From assembly GCF_963506605.1 (NCBI RefSeq), contig NC_083282.1, positions 85,684,001 to 85,748,000 of the forward strand: a stretch of DNA of 64,000 bases, read 5' to 3'. Numbering within the stretch: the first letter of the stretch is position 1; each line of letters begins with the position of its first letter. The DNA comes from Zootoca vivipara. Lineage: Eukaryota. The notes under the pieces were generated by a model. It was not told where the DNA came from and ran no database searches. It worked only from the letters and a program-made list of their open reading frames with translations. Positions 37,858-50,989 of the stretch are shown here, piece by piece. Both the position numbers and the translations under genes were made by a program.

Positions 37858-38130
37858 CAGTGGTACCTCAAGTTACAAACGCCTCAGGTTACAAACGCCT
37901 CAGGTTACAAACGCTTCAGGTTACAAACGCTTCAGGTTACAAACTCTGCTAACCTGGAAGAGTTACCTCGAGTTGAGAACTTTGCCCCAGGATGAGAACG
38001 AAAGTCGTGTGCCGGCGGCGCAGCAGCAGCAAGAGGCCCCATTAGCGAAAGCAAGCCTCTATTTAAGAACAGTTTCAGGTTAAGAACAGACCTTTGGAAC
38101 GAATTAAGTTTGTAACTAGAGATACCACTG
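37858..38130. mobile_element. Tc1/mariner MITE
   Basis: TA-CAGTGGTACCTC ... GAGATACCACTG-TA, with internal 17-bp tandem GGTTACAAACGC(C/T)TCA-type units. Confidence 0.85.
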
Positions 38131-38134
38131 TATA

Positions 38135-38299
38135 CTGTATTTTTCCATGTGTAAGACTTTATTTTTTCCTGAATTTTTGAAGTTTAAAATAAGTGGTCGT
38201 CTTATACACAGATAGTGCCTAGTGCATTTTCTTAATTTTGAATCACAAAACATAGGGGGTGTCTTATACACGGAGTGTCTTATACATGGAAAAATACGG
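38135..38299. mobile_element. pogo/Tigger-like MITE abutting the previous element
   Basis: TA-CTGTATTTTTCCATGTGTAAGAC ... GTCTTATACATGGAAAAATACGG-TA. Confidence 0.8.
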
Positions 38300-38912
38300 T
38301 AATAGCCTATTGCTGACTCAATAGTTTTTGTGTTAAGAAAAAAAAGAGGAAGCCAGCAGATGATTGCCAACTAGTTTTCCAAGTGCAATAAAAAAAGACA
38401 ACAACCAAGATTCTACCTGCAAGAAGGGTGCATTTAGAGGTGATAAAAATTTCATGGAGCTAAATGTGTTCTCCCAGGCAAAAGCAGAACTAAATCCCAT
38501 CCTTTGAGTTTTTGTGTCTTCCGTTAAACTCTACATCATTAGCTCTTTGTAATCCGTACAATCCAATCCCAGGAGAGTGGCAGGGAACTAAATGTCTTGT
38601 GTTTACTTACAAAATAAAAGCCTTCTGCTTCTACTGGAATGAGTATCACTTAATGCAGGCACTGGGTTGCATCACAAGCTGGGTGAGCAGATACATGGCT
38701 GAATGTGGGGGGCAGTGTAGGCTCATTTTCTTTTCGAGGCGGAATAAGGAAGCAGGCCAGATTCATGTTAATGGGTAATTCTTTGGAGAAGGCTTAGAAG
38801 GCTTAGAATCGTAGAATTGTGGAGTCGGACATCTAGTCCACCCCCCCAGTAATACAGGAAACATGGCTCCTTGCACCTTGTTTTTGTGATGTATATTTTC
38901 CCATTCCTTATA

Positions 38913-39823
38913 CAGTGGTACCTCGGTTTAAGTAAACAATTGGTTCCGGAAGCCTGTACTTAACCTGAAGCGAACTTTCCCATTGAAAGTAATGGAAAGC
39001 GGATTAATCCGTGCCGGACGGGTCCGTGAAGTACTCAACCTGAAGCGTACTTAACCCGAAGTATGAGTGTAATTGGTTCTGGAAGTCCGTACTTAACCTG
39101 AAGCGTACTTAACCTTAAGCATATTTAACCTGAAGCGTACTTAAGCTGAAATGATTTTTCCCATTGAAAGTAATGGAAAGTGGATTAATCCGTTCCAGAC
39201 AGGTCCGCTGAGTACTTAAACTGAAAGTACTCAAACTGTTGTTGTTGTTGTTTAGTCGTTTAGTCATGTCAGACTCTTCGTGACCCCATGGACCATAGCA
39301 CGCCAGGCACTCCTGTCTTGCACTGCCTCCCGCAGTTTGGTCAAACTCATGTGCATAGTTTCGAGAACACTGTCCAACCATCTCATCCTCTGTCGTCCCC
39401 TTCTCCTTGTGCCCTCCATCTTTCCCAACATCAGGGTCTTTTCCAGGGAGTCTTCTCTTCTCATGAGGTGGCCAAAGTATTGGAGCCTTAGCTTCAGGAT
39501 CTGTCCTTCCAGTGAGCACTCAGGGCTGATTTCCTTAAGAATAGATAGGTTTGATCTTCTAGCAGTCCATGGGACTCTCAAGAGTCTCCTCCAGCACCAT
39601 AATTCAAAAGCATCAATTCTTCGGCGATCACCCTTCTTGATGGTCCAGCTCTCACTTCCATACATCACTACTGGGAAAACCATAGCTTTAACTATACGGA
39701 CCTTTGTGGGCAAGGTGATGTCTCTGCTTTTTAAGATGCTGTCTAGGTTTGTCATTGCTTTTCTCCCAAGAAGCAGGCGTCTTTTAATTCAAACTGAAGC
39801 GTACTTAAACCGAGGTATGACTG
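38913..39823. mobile_element. Tc1/mariner MITE (relative of the 24021 family) interrupted by Bov-B
   Basis: TA-CAGTGGTACCTCGGTTTAAGTA ... TACTTAAACCGAGGTATGACTG-TA, with the same internal CCCATTGAAAGTAATGGAAA units. Confidence 0.88.
39239..39788 (-). mobile_element. Bov-B LINE, 5'-truncated, nested in a MITE
   Basis: 163-aa ORF nearly identical to the 31650 copy; TSD TCAAACTG (39231-38, 39789-96). Confidence 0.95.
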
Positions 39824-39938
39824 TATTCAGATTATCAAAATTCTAGTTCAGCATTCCAATTCCACTGATCCGAAATTCACCACCCTGATAATTTTTACTT
39901 CTCCCTCTCTCTTTCTTTTTTAAAGAAAAAAACAGAAG

Positions 39939-40110
39939 ATCATAGAATTGTAGAGTTGGAAGGGACCCAAGGGTCATCTAGTGGTCCAACTCACTGCAAT
40001 GCAGGAATCTCAACTAAAGCATCCATAACAGATGGTCATGCAACCTCTGCTTTAAAAACTCCAAGGAAGGAGAGACCACAACCTTCTGAGGGAGACCGTT
40101 CCAAGGTCAA
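39939..40110 (-). mobile_element. CR1 LINE 3' end
   Basis: ATCATAGAATTGTAGAGTTGGAAGGGACC..., the reverse complement of the 36510 family. Confidence 0.82.
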
Positions 40111-40807
40111 ATGATGGGTTTGCTGCCACTCTCTCACCTCATTGCACACTGAGAACATCAGTTCTAAAGTGGGCCAGCATACAATGGCTATGTGTCCTTC
40201 CTTACAGATATTAGTCCACTGTTTGAAGAGTTATCAGAGGACAGCCCTCTGTTTGATGGAGCAATTCATTTGATGGAGCAATTCATTCATTTGATGGAGC
40301 AATTCATGCCAAGTTCAGATTAAAAACAGAGAACTCTCAGAAGGGAGAGAAAGAAAGGCCTTAAATTTCCCATCAACAATTAGTACCTGGGCAGCAGATG
40401 GAGCAGCACACATGCCATATTATGGGATGCATCATATATAGTCAACATTTATAAATTTGTGTGTACACCCATAAATTAGCACTTGGAAATCTGTGTTCCT
40501 TTTTTTTTTTGCTGATGTGAATTTATCATATTTATATTTTACAACATGTATATAATGTTTGATTGGAATACAACCTGCAAAAAGAATAAAACAATAAAAT
40601 TATTGGTGAAGAACCATTTAAACAACTATTTAAGATCTTCAAAAGATAATTAAAATCACCAAAAAAGCTAAAACCAGATTAAACCACATGGCATTTTCTA
40701 CATGCCTAATCAGAAAGGTTTTTTTTTCCCAGGTGCTAAAAAGAGTACAGTGAAGGCACTGAACTGATGTCATGAGGCAGGGAGTTCCAAAGTTGGCTGT
40801 CTATGTG

Positions 40808-40993
40808 CAGGGGTGCCAACTTGAATAAAATATTGGGGGGGCAGGTAAGCCCTGCCCCACGTAATCAATCACATGATGTCTTGCACGAACACTATTTGAA
40901 TGGCAATGCCTATCAGTTTTGAGGAGCTTGGCCCCCTCAAATATTTTATTGGGAGGGTGAAGAACCCTTGTCCCCTAGGAGTTGGCTCCTATG
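40808..40993. mobile_element. Degraded hAT-like MITE
   Basis: Ends CAGGGGTGCCAACT / AGTTGGCTCCTATG; imperfect 8-bp TSD TCTATGTG/CTTATGTG. Confidence 0.6.
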
Positions 40994-41792
40994 CTTATGT
41001 GGGGTAGGAACTCTTTGGTTTTGGTTTTCAATATTTGGGCCTGGCTGTTTAGTGTGGTAGAATGAATGCTTTAAAAGGATTGGTTCAGAAATGCACGGTT
41101 ATGGAAGGGCTGTGTTCTTCCGCACACTTCTTGAATACAACATGTAGCGCATGAACGAACTCGCTGGACTGCTGAATTCACCACCTGGGTTGCCTTCCCC
41201 CAATTTGACACCCGCCCTCCCTTCACGGAGCAAGCAATTAAAAATGATGAGGGTAAAGGGTTAAACCAAAAACTCCTGCTAATGAAGGTGCTCTGCTGGC
41301 TTTCTCTCTCTGTGGGCATTTGATGCGCCTTCTGGCATAAGCTTCTGATAAGCATCAGTGAAGCGTTCCACGGCTGATACACACATATATTTTTAAACAC
41401 GGTTTCCCCTCTCCCCACCCCCAGCCCCCCATGTAAAATTGATAAAATGCAAAGCTCTGCTGTTTATCTCAAACCCTAATTACAGACGCCGCAGCCTTTG
41501 AACGCTAACTGTCTACAGTGGTTCGTGAGACTTTAGGCTGGTCAAAGGAACATAGATCTGAGTCTGGGGAGATCTGAGCTTTGAGTAAAGGCAGCCATAC
41601 CCCACCCCTCTCTTCTTTAATTCAAAAGTTGCTTCCCTTGCAAATTGCAAACATTCTCAGCTTTCTAAGTAGTATTATGCCGTTGGAAAAGGTCCTTGTA
41701 GGTCATGCAGCCCAATCTCCTGTCTGGCGCAAGAGTTAGAGCCCAGGATGAGAGCACAACATCCCCTAAAGCCAGGACGAAAGTAATTTCAC

Positions 41793-41990
41793 NNNNNNNN
41801 NNNNNNNNNNNNNNNNNNNNNNNNNNNNNNNNNNNNNNNNNNNNNNNNNNNNNNNNNNNNNNNNNNNNNNNNNNNNNNNNNNNNNNNNNNNNNNNNNNNN
41901 NNNNNNNNNNNNNNNNNNNNNNNNNNNNNNNNNNNNNNNNNNNNNNNNNNNNNNNNNNNNNNNNNNNNNNNNNNNNNNNNNNNNNNNNNN
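41793..41990. other. Assembly gap (N run)
   Basis: 198 consecutive N. Confidence 0.99.
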
Positions 41991-43457
41991 ATTGATTGCT
42001 AGTTTTCTTTTCAAGGCAAGCTATTGCGTTTATTACAAGGACTGGCCCCGTTGCTTTAGCTCGTAAGAAGCAGTGTCTACACCAGGTAGGCAAACATCTC
42101 ATCTCCTGCTCTGCAGAATGAGCATGGAGATCCTCAGTTGCAGCAAGGCAGCATTTTGAAGTAAGTGAAGCAATGCACATTGCTATCTAAAGAGGGAGCC
42201 CCACCCCCTCCTTCAAACCGCAGAGTCTAGAATTAAGTCTAAAATTACCTAATTGCACAAATGTTGCGGCAGGGATCAGACTGGAAGTTCCTTGCACCTG
42301 AGTGCTATCCCAGTCATAGGAGAGATGCCTGGCTCCTGTTGCCAGAATCCAAGCCTCAAACTTGGATGCATCTGCCAGTTTTGGTTACTCTCTGTTTCTC
42401 TCTCTCTTTTTTTTTTTTTGCAATCTTATGTTCAGCTCCTCCAATTCGGAAGCTTCTTTAAAAGCCTTCATTGAAAGTTGTGTGCATTTGCCTGTTTATT
42501 TCCCCCAACATATGCATTTGTGCAAGCATCGTTCTCTGATAGGATGTGTTCTGACATTATTTTCACAAATAGACAGTGTGTGTTTGCAATTTCCCCTGAC
42601 ATATGGCATTTCTGTACACATTGTTGTTCTCAATGGAGAACAGTGTTGCAAACTTCCAAGTGCAGCTCTTGATGGGCAGGTGCATGTTGGTGCATTTATT
42701 GATTGGGGAAATCCAAATTAGATAGGTTCATACTAAAATGCAAACTGAACCGGTTTCTCCCCCATCTCTATTTGAGTCTGCGACACCTTGCAAAGGTATA
42801 GAAAAGGAGCCAGACCAGGTTTGGGTAAAATCCCTTGTTGCTTTTGTTTTGCAATATAATTTGGAATAGCTCCAAGAGCAGGTTGTCAATCTTTGCATCC
42901 TGTACTGCGTACCCTTCCAAGTGTCCTGATTTTCCAGGGACAGTCCCAGAAATATGAAAGCCATCCTGGCTTCTGATTTGATCCCAGAGTGTCCCTATTT
43001 CCCAGCCAGTGCTTCTGCCGCAGAGCCCCCCCCCCCCCCCCCGGACGACGAACTGGCACTTCTCCTGAGCAACAGCGGCTGCGATCTTGTTGTCTCTCCA
43101 TGGCCGCTACTGACCTCCTTCCTTGGGCGGCTTACAGTGCCTGCTGGAGCGCAGGTGAAGAAGAGGAGAGTGCAAGGAGTCTTCATTAAAAAAGAAACTG
43201 CTTTGTGCATCTGCATCTAATCTTGCCCCTTTCTAAAATGTATTTATTGGTGTGTTTTTTTTCTTTCTTTTTGTAAATCTACCATAAAATAAAATAAAAT
43301 CAGGGTTACAGGGTTTTCTCAGGATGGCGGAGGGCATGTGTGCTGTGTCCCATTGGTGAAGTGGTGGTGGGAACTCACCCTCCTTCTGGGAAGACATGCT
43401 CTGTGACAGGGGCAAAAAAGGAGGGTCAGGTGTGTGGCAATGCCCCTCCCTCCACAT

Positions 43458-43960
43458 GAAATAAGACACAAGACACAATGAATAAATTTAAGTGGGCGAA
43501 AAGGCCACAACTTTATTGGTTACGAATGATGAGTGGTATTGGCTTAGGCATTGGAACTTAACCGGCTATATCCGACTGTAACCCGTGTGTTACAGTCTGG
43601 GAGAAATTAACCACCAGAAAGGAGCCCGGTGATGTACATCTACTGGAACACCTCCTGTGGCCACCGTTGGGGGGTGCCATAAGGCCCTGTCCTCCGCAGG
43701 CCCAGGACAAAGCTACCGCCCCCGGAATCCCTTTAACGGAATTACTTCTCCAATTTCTGGGCAGAGGATGACGCAATCTGCCCCCCCTTCTTCTTTTATG
43801 CAAATTTCCAATTTGGGGGCCAGGGCAGGAAAGGCTGAGTTCCCGCCTCCGGCCGGCTTAAAAGATGCTAAGCCCCACCTCCCGGCCGACCCTATTGGCC
43901 GGCCGGGGTCTGACGGAGGCGGGAACTCCCTCCTCGCGAGGGGGCTGCTCTCAGCCCCCA
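43458..43960 (-). mobile_element. DIRS/Ngaro-like tyrosine-recombinase retroelement terminal-repeat remnant
   Basis: Minus strand reads GAGGGAGTTCCCGCC...GGCCAATAGGG ... AATAAAGTTGTGGCC...TTGTGTCTTGTGTCTTATT, motifs recalled from vertebrate Ngaro repeats; CpG-rich; no TSD seen. Confidence 0.5.
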
Positions 43961-46300
43961 TCGCGATAGTTCATTCGGGGCAAGCCCACAACACCACCTC
44001 CGTGGAGATGCGGAAGTGGCTTTGTGAGGGAGTGAGAGTTGTCCCTATTTCCATCTGAGGTATGCAGGAGGGCATGCTGGGGAACCAATAGCCTTCCAAA
44101 TGTTGTTGGAATCCAACTCTCTTTCGCTCCAGACAGCAAGGCTAATGGTTCATGGTGATGGGAGATGTAACCCAGCCACACCTTGTGGACCACAAATTCT
44201 CCAGCCCTGCATCCCTGCCTGTAAGATGCCCTTGTGGGCTTTTCTTGTCCTCCTGCCTCCTGACAAGGGAAGCCCAGTACCAACTAAGGGCCTCACCTTG
44301 TTTCTAAAAGGAGCGTTGATTTCTCTTCTGGCTTCCCCTGTCTCTAGCCAGCGTTGTTTTAAACTAATAGAAATAATTAGGAAATCAAAGAGGCCCTTTT
44401 TTCCGAGGCAGTCATTTTTGGATAACAGAGCACAGAAATCAACACGGTGGCATAAGGCTCAAGTGCAGCATATTGGAGCAGCCTGCAGCGGACCAAAGAA
44501 ATGACAGACAAGTTTAATGGTAACATACCGTTTCCTGAATGTACAGGTTTAGAACGGGGTCCCAAAATGCCTATTTCACCTAGTCCATAGAAACCAATCT
44601 TTTCCTGTCTCTCCCCCCCCCTCCCCAGCATCAGAGGTGGGAGGCATTGATTGAGGGGGCGGAAATGTCAAGACTGAGATGCTTTGCACGTCGCAGGTGT
44701 ACGAGATCATTTTCACATGCCAAATGGCAATAAAAAAGGTGAAAGCAAAGGCTGAGGTGGGGTGGAATTCGCTTCACGGAACAAAACAGCGAAGCACCTT
44801 TTCCCCTCCTGGGTTTTTGGAATAAACTGTAATTAAATCGAGCAAGCTGTGACAGTGAAATTGCTTAAAACCTAATCCTCCCACAGTAATTGCATAGATA
44901 CCCCCACTAACAACCACCCCACAAAAGAAAACCTAGGACATTATCCATCGTTGTTTATCAGTCAAATGTGACACTTGCTCTTGGCTTGGCTTGTCATCTC
45001 CACCCCACTACAGGTGACAGTTCCAAAGGCATCTGCCTACCAAATAACTGAATGAATGTTCGTATCTACAGATACTTCAGTGTGTTCAAACAAATAAGAT
45101 GTGGGAGATTATCTTCTTCAGCACAAAAAACTGGGTTCTTCTCACCCATTCTAAGAGGAGTACAATCCACTTCATTAAAGTGGACTTGCTTTACTCCACC
45201 CTCGTAAATATTTGCAAGGGTGTGTGTGTTCTGGAGGAGCCTAGGAAGAGTAGTGAGAAATATTTCGAATTACTGTTAGGTTTTTAACATCATGAGAGTG
45301 CATAGCTTTCTGCAGCCTGTGAGTGCACGCCAGGAGGGGGCTAATGGTGGCATGAAATGACAGCAATATAAAACGTTCAAAAATGCATGCTCTGAGATAA
45401 GCATCCCAACTATGCTGGCAGCAGACAAGAAAAAGAAAGACCTGGGGCTTTGTTCTCTGTCTCAACACATCACGCACACACACACACACACACCTTGAGC
45501 AAATGAAAAGGTCTCTGCTTGATGCCAGAAAATGGTGGGCTAAACACAAAAGGAGATATCCAACAGTGACCATCTGCTGATGGAAGAGAATCCATATCCA
45601 GAAGGGAATAAAAGCAATTTGCAGCAATGCCCCCTGCAGCAACCCACACTCACCCTAAATTTGCTTCGGAGGGTTCCTCAACCCTCTGGAGTAGAATTAA
45701 AGGGGTACAGGGTTGATGAAAGGGTAGCGAAAATGCAGCTGAGAAGCTCAGATCACATATATGACTGGCACACTTCTTTGGAAATTAAACCAATGTCCAG
45801 ATTTTTAACATTCACTTTTCTTGCAGAAACTTACAGGTGAATTAAAACATAATATTTACATGCTTCTCCAAGCATGGGCTCACAGTCTCTTCTTTTAACT
45901 TCCAAACAACTGTATTTTCCTCTCTTTCCAGAGCTCAGCACTTTCAGCCTTCTGTATCTCAATTATATGTCTTGCAGCTCCTATGAGATATTTCCATTTT
46001 TACCTTCTCCTGCAGCTTTGCTCTCTTTCTTTCAGGCAGAGAAGAAGCACTCCAACACTCAATTCAGCTTAGCAGTGTTCACAGTGGATTAAAACACAGT
46101 CATCTTGCTTCACATAAGTCTCTCCTTCACTAGATACCTCCCATGTGACCACCGTTAGCCAATCCCATCAGAACTCTCTAGAATTCAGTTACCAACCAAT
46201 AAGATTTAATCACATAGTAATGCATAGAAGCATTAACAATTTCAATTAATTAAATTCCGGTACTTAACATACAGAGCACTGCCGGGGGGGGGGGAGTAGC

Positions 46301-46515
46301 TAGGGTTGCCAGATTCAATAGAGGACATGTCTTCTGTGCCTTTAATTGCCCTGCTCTCTTTTGAGTCTGAAAACCTTAAAGAGAAACCAGCAGACCCTTT
46401 GTTTAATTTCCAAGCAAAGGGTCTGCTGGTTTCTCTTTAAGGTTTCCAGACTAAAAAGAGAGCAGGGCAATTAAAGGCACAGAAGTCCTGTCCTCTATTG
46501 AGTCTGGCAACCCTA
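46301..46515. mobile_element. Fully palindromic hAT MITE (215 bp)
   Basis: TAGGGTTGCCAGA ... TCTGGCAACCCTA; arms of ~104 bp with about 6 mismatches; perfect TSD GGAGTAGC (46293-300, 46516-23). Confidence 0.93.
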
Positions 46516-47989
46516 GGAGTAGCTGAAAATTATCCCCCTCCCGCTTATGCTGCTGTGTTTCCTTCTAGCAGGTGAAAGTTGCCATCAGATACCATCCATA
46601 CCTGGAAATAACATATAGACTCCCAAACAGAGAACCAGCCAAAAACAGCTAGACTCAACCTCTGGACCTTTATTAAGTATGGCCACCCTAGTTGAAGGTG
46701 GGGCAAATGAAATGAGGCCTTGTCCCATGGAAACTGCTTCTCCAGTGAATGCTCATGACTTTAGAAACTGTTGGCTGTTCTTGATTAGTTTAGATAGAAG
46801 GTATCACTTTTGTCTGTCAATAAAATGAGCCAGAAGAGAGTACGGTAACTTAAAAAATATATGCACTAGTCTGTGTCTAGCCTTTGTCCGGCCCACTTCA
46901 TTCAATGCATCTGCAAATCAAATGCCAAAACTATCTTTTAACTGTTACTAGAGACCTAGTCTACTCGCACCAAATCACCGGTTGCAGCAAGGCTTATTTA
47001 AAAGAAAAGGGGGGGGAGGTCAAGGTAAAAACAAAACAAAAGTATAACATTAAAATATTGCAGTATCAAATATATACAAAAAAATATTCAGACTGAACCC
47101 CCAAACTATGTATAAATCATTGAAGCAAGCTGAAGCTGCATATCGTCTTGAGACTGTCCATTGGAGAGTAAATGATTTAAATACAAGTCATTCTCTTGAA
47201 TGTTATCAGGCAGTTTTGCAAGTCAAAGTGAAGCTACCGGTATGAGATTGCTTTTAGAGTAAAAAATGGTGGATTAAAAAGATATTAGCCAAATGCATTT
47301 AACCTCAGTACCTTAGATGCCACCAGGGTTCAAATCCAGAGCAGCATACATTAACATAAGTATTAGGGTTTACTGACTAATATATCTTGATTGATTGACT
47401 GACATAGAAGCCCTCTTTGGGCATTGTGGCAAACATGGAGCTGAACCCACTGTTTCCACCACATCTGTTGCATCTCTGACAGCTGAATCCGACCATGGTC
47501 CATGACTGGAAGAGCCAAAGCAGGTTCTCTGACATATAAGCTCATGTTCTCCATACAATTTAGATGCTCACATGATTGGGCTTCTAAATTGCACAGTTTA
47601 CATACATATTAAACCTGCTATGGGCCTTTAGCCTATGTTTATGGGGTGGCAGTGGGGCCAGACTGTTGAGCATTCTCCCCAAAACACTTAGAATCCCGTG
47701 AGGGCACTGGATGCCTGAATGTGGCTATTTTGCCACCAATATAGATATATGCAGAGAAAGAGAAGGGGGTGGCAAATGTGAAACCTCATCTTCTGCTCAC
47801 TGGACTAATTGTGAACAGGGTCCTGTAGGTCTGACTCTATGTCATTTTAAGGTAAGCTTCCACTCGCCACATATCTGCCATAGAAAAGCTTTGCCTCCGC
47901 CCTGCTTTACATGAGAGGGAGTGTATCATAGCCTAGCACTAGCACTGGATGAAGACTACAGCACATAATGGTTCTAAGGATAAAATATA

Positions 47990-48370
47990 AAGTCTCTTTC
48001 TCCTCTAGCCTCTCCCTCTGGATCCCTCCCAGACAGACAAAGGCTGCATCGAGGAGGTGGGCTCCTCCTCTGGACCTGTCTGGCATGTTGCTCAGTGGGC
48101 AGGATCCTCCTTGAGTCAGAGGGGGAGGCGGTGGCAGGACTGGGACTGTCTGTGTGCACCCTGTGACTCTCAGCTTCTAATACTGACCCTCCTTGATCAC
48201 TCGTCTCCTATTTCTATCAGCTCCTAGCTCTTCCCTCCTGCTGACTGCTCCTCAGTGTTCCACCACCAGGCTCCAGGTTCTAAGGTGTCATCTTCGGAGT
48301 CCTCCCCGGGGGGGTGGGACTCTTGGGCTGGTGTCTCCCACTGCTTCTCATCCAGCCTGTTGCTGAGACA
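47990..48370 (-). mobile_element. Possible Gypsy-type LTR remnant
   Basis: Minus strand begins TGTCTCAG followed by purine-rich sequence resembling recalled lacertid LTRs; the other end and a TSD are not identified. Confidence 0.35.
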
Positions 48371-49426
48371 CACACCTCCCCACCATCTGCAGAGGCCTCT
48401 GTTTTTTTCAATTGACATGCCATGAAAACGCAATTGTCGTTTCTACAGCATGATCACGTTTATCAGATGGCATTTACTTAAGCTGCATTTCCTTAGTACG
48501 TATTGTGTCACCGTGTCTCGAATCTTTTTCATAAGGAAGGGCAAGAGGGTCGTCAAGCAGACTGACTGCATATGTCTGAGTTGGACAGAAGGATTCGGTT
48601 TCAGCGGTGCGTTTTAATTGTCGTCCGACCAAAAAGTAACAAATAAAATCTGTTAACGGAATGATTATGGACATTTAAGTTGCCATTAAGGCATGTGTAA
48701 GCATCCCATCGACTAGGTAGATAGCTGTAGGCTTCACAAAATGACAGACCAGACATGTGGCTAATCGCTTCTCATCATATTCAGTAGATAATGGAGGAAG
48801 GCGAGTAATCCACTCATAGCAGTGGGGATCGACTGCCTCTCAGATGTAATGAAACTTTAGAAAGGACTTTTTTTTAGAAATAGCTGCTAGCAGTTTCCCT
48901 GGGAATGGTAGTAAAGTTCAAGAGCTTTCTGGAAAGGTCAAATACACCGTTATATAATTTCCCTGATGTTTCTTTGAGAACGTCAAGCGCACTGTCAGAA
49001 ATGGCCTGACATCTAGCCACTGTCCTTTTATGGGGTTTTGTTTCCCATCTGAACTCTCTCGTCCTCCTTCTCCTTTCTCCCTTCAGCTCTCTCCCCCAAC
49101 CTCCTCTTTATGTGAAGTTGCTGATTAGAGATCATAAGTGGCCGCCATGACAACTTTGTCCTCACAAAAATTATGGGACTTAGCTTAGGTTGAACCTAAG
49201 AAGAACCCAGCTGGATAAGTATATATAAGAAAATTCTGCTGGATCAGGCCAGAGGCCAATCTAGTGCAACATCCTGTTCTCACAGGAGCCAGCCAGATGC
49301 CCACGATGAGCCCAAAAGCTAGAGACTGAAACATGGAAGTTAGGCTAGCTCCAGATGTGATGATTAAAAGAGGGGTCTAGCATTGAGAATGGCAGCCCAG
49401 GGCTGTGTCCTCTCCCTTCCCTCTTC

Positions 49427-49815
49427 ACATAAGAACATAAGAATAGCATGTTGGATCCAGGCCAATGGCCCATCTAAGTCCAGCATCCCGTTCTCACAGC
49501 AGCCAACCAGATCCCTGTGGGAAACCAGGGAGCAGAACTTGAGCACAAGAGCCCTCTCCCTTCCTGCGGTTTCCAGCAACTGGTGTGTGGACTTCAACTG
49601 TGGTGGTACAGCACAGCCATCATGGCTAGTAGCCATTGACAGCCTCCATGGATTTGTCTTATCCTCTTCTATAGCCATCCAAATTGGTGGCCATCACTGC
49701 TCCCGGTGGGTGAGAGTTCCAGAGTTTAACTCTGGGCAGTGTGAAGAAGTGCCTTCTATTATCTGTCCTGACACTTCCAATATCCAGCTTCATTGGTGGC
49801 CCATCAGTTTGGGTG
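49427..49815 (-). mobile_element. CR1-clade LINE 3' end ((TTCTTATG)n-tail family)
   Basis: CATAAGAACATAAGAA tail followed by CAGGCCAATGGCCCATCT..CCAGCATCC.GTTCTCACAG; related pieces at ~12185, 49225, 49830, 55255 and 59850. Confidence 0.7.
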
Positions 49816-49950
49816 TTATGAGGAAGGTCTCTCTAGGCCAGCATCCGGTTTCTCACAGTGGCCAGCCAGATGCCTATGGGAAGTGTGCAAGCAGGATCTG
49901 GGTGCAACAGCGCCTCTTCCCACTTGTGATTCCCAGCAGCTGGTACTCAG

Positions 49951-50271
49951 TGTTATGTATTCAGTGGTCTGTGTTTGCCTGAGCTTGAGTCTGGACTCAG
50001 GATTCTGAGCCCCTGTGTTCTGATTCGATACCTGATATCCACTCACAAAACATTTCAGGATTTGGGCCTCTGCCATTGGACCTTAAACTCTGGGTCATGA
50101 TTCGTAGCTTGGAAGTTTAGACAGCCAATCACGTTGGGAGTGGGAGTGGCCCAGGCCTTCAGAAATGCATATAAGCAGTTGCTTTGCCCCTGTTGTCCAG
50201 TTCTGTTAGTTTAATAAAGGTTCTTGCTGTTATCACTGTGTCTTGCCTCGTGGGAACCCACCTACACTTCA
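49951..50271 (+). mobile_element. Solo LTR (321 bp)
   Basis: TG...CA ends, 5-bp TSD CTCAG (49946-50, 50272-76); internal GCCAATC (~50124), CATATAAG (~50168) and AATAAA (~50213) in U3-R order; interrupts a CR1-derived remnant. Confidence 0.85.
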
Positions 50272-50989
50272 CTCAGAGTCATATCACTATCTTTTTCGTG
50301 AACTGAAGTGTCCCAAACACAGACCTCCCAAGTGCCCCGAAAAAATGGAACATCACGTTTTTTCACGTGAAATCTCAGCAGCCATTTTGGGTGCTGCGGT
50401 GTTCTAGCCCCCCCCCCAAAAAAAATTGTGTTGGGGGGCTAGAGCTCTGTGCAGGTCATGTGACATGAACGGAAGCACGTCCCGCAAGACACGTGTCCCT
50501 GTTTTGGATCCGAAAATGTTGGACAGAGTGCAAACAATGTAGCTTATCCTCGTTGGTGCTCTTCCTCCTGATCATTTTCGTTTACCCTTCTAGGTGGTAC
50601 ATAAGCCACCTGAGAGAGCCACCAATTGGCTCAAGGTAACCTCTTAGGTGTTCTGGCTGAGAAGGGATTTGAACCTGGGTTTCCCAGTCTAATGCTCTAA
50701 CTTTATACCATACTACCCTGACCTGTGTTATAGCCTTCTCTGCCAATGAAAGCACACCCCAACTGCATTTACTCTCAAGTGTGCCCCCCACCCCTTTTTA
50801 ACTTTCCCTCTATTCACCTCTTATTGTTCTCTCCTCTGTCATCATATTTAGAATGCAAGGTCCTCACAGCAGGAATGTATCTTGATTTTGTTGCTGTGGC
50901 TTACATTACCCTGATAAGCGCTGTGCATATCGAGGGCATAATAACAGTTTCAATAACCACCATCCTCTCTTTTGTCTCCTTTCCCCCAG

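Noticed and set aside
41665-42180. ORFs spanning 41.7-42.2 kb
   Set aside because: Artefacts of the N gap.
49383-49982. 199-aa ORF
   Set aside because: Antisense reading of CR1 remnants; no recognisable domain.
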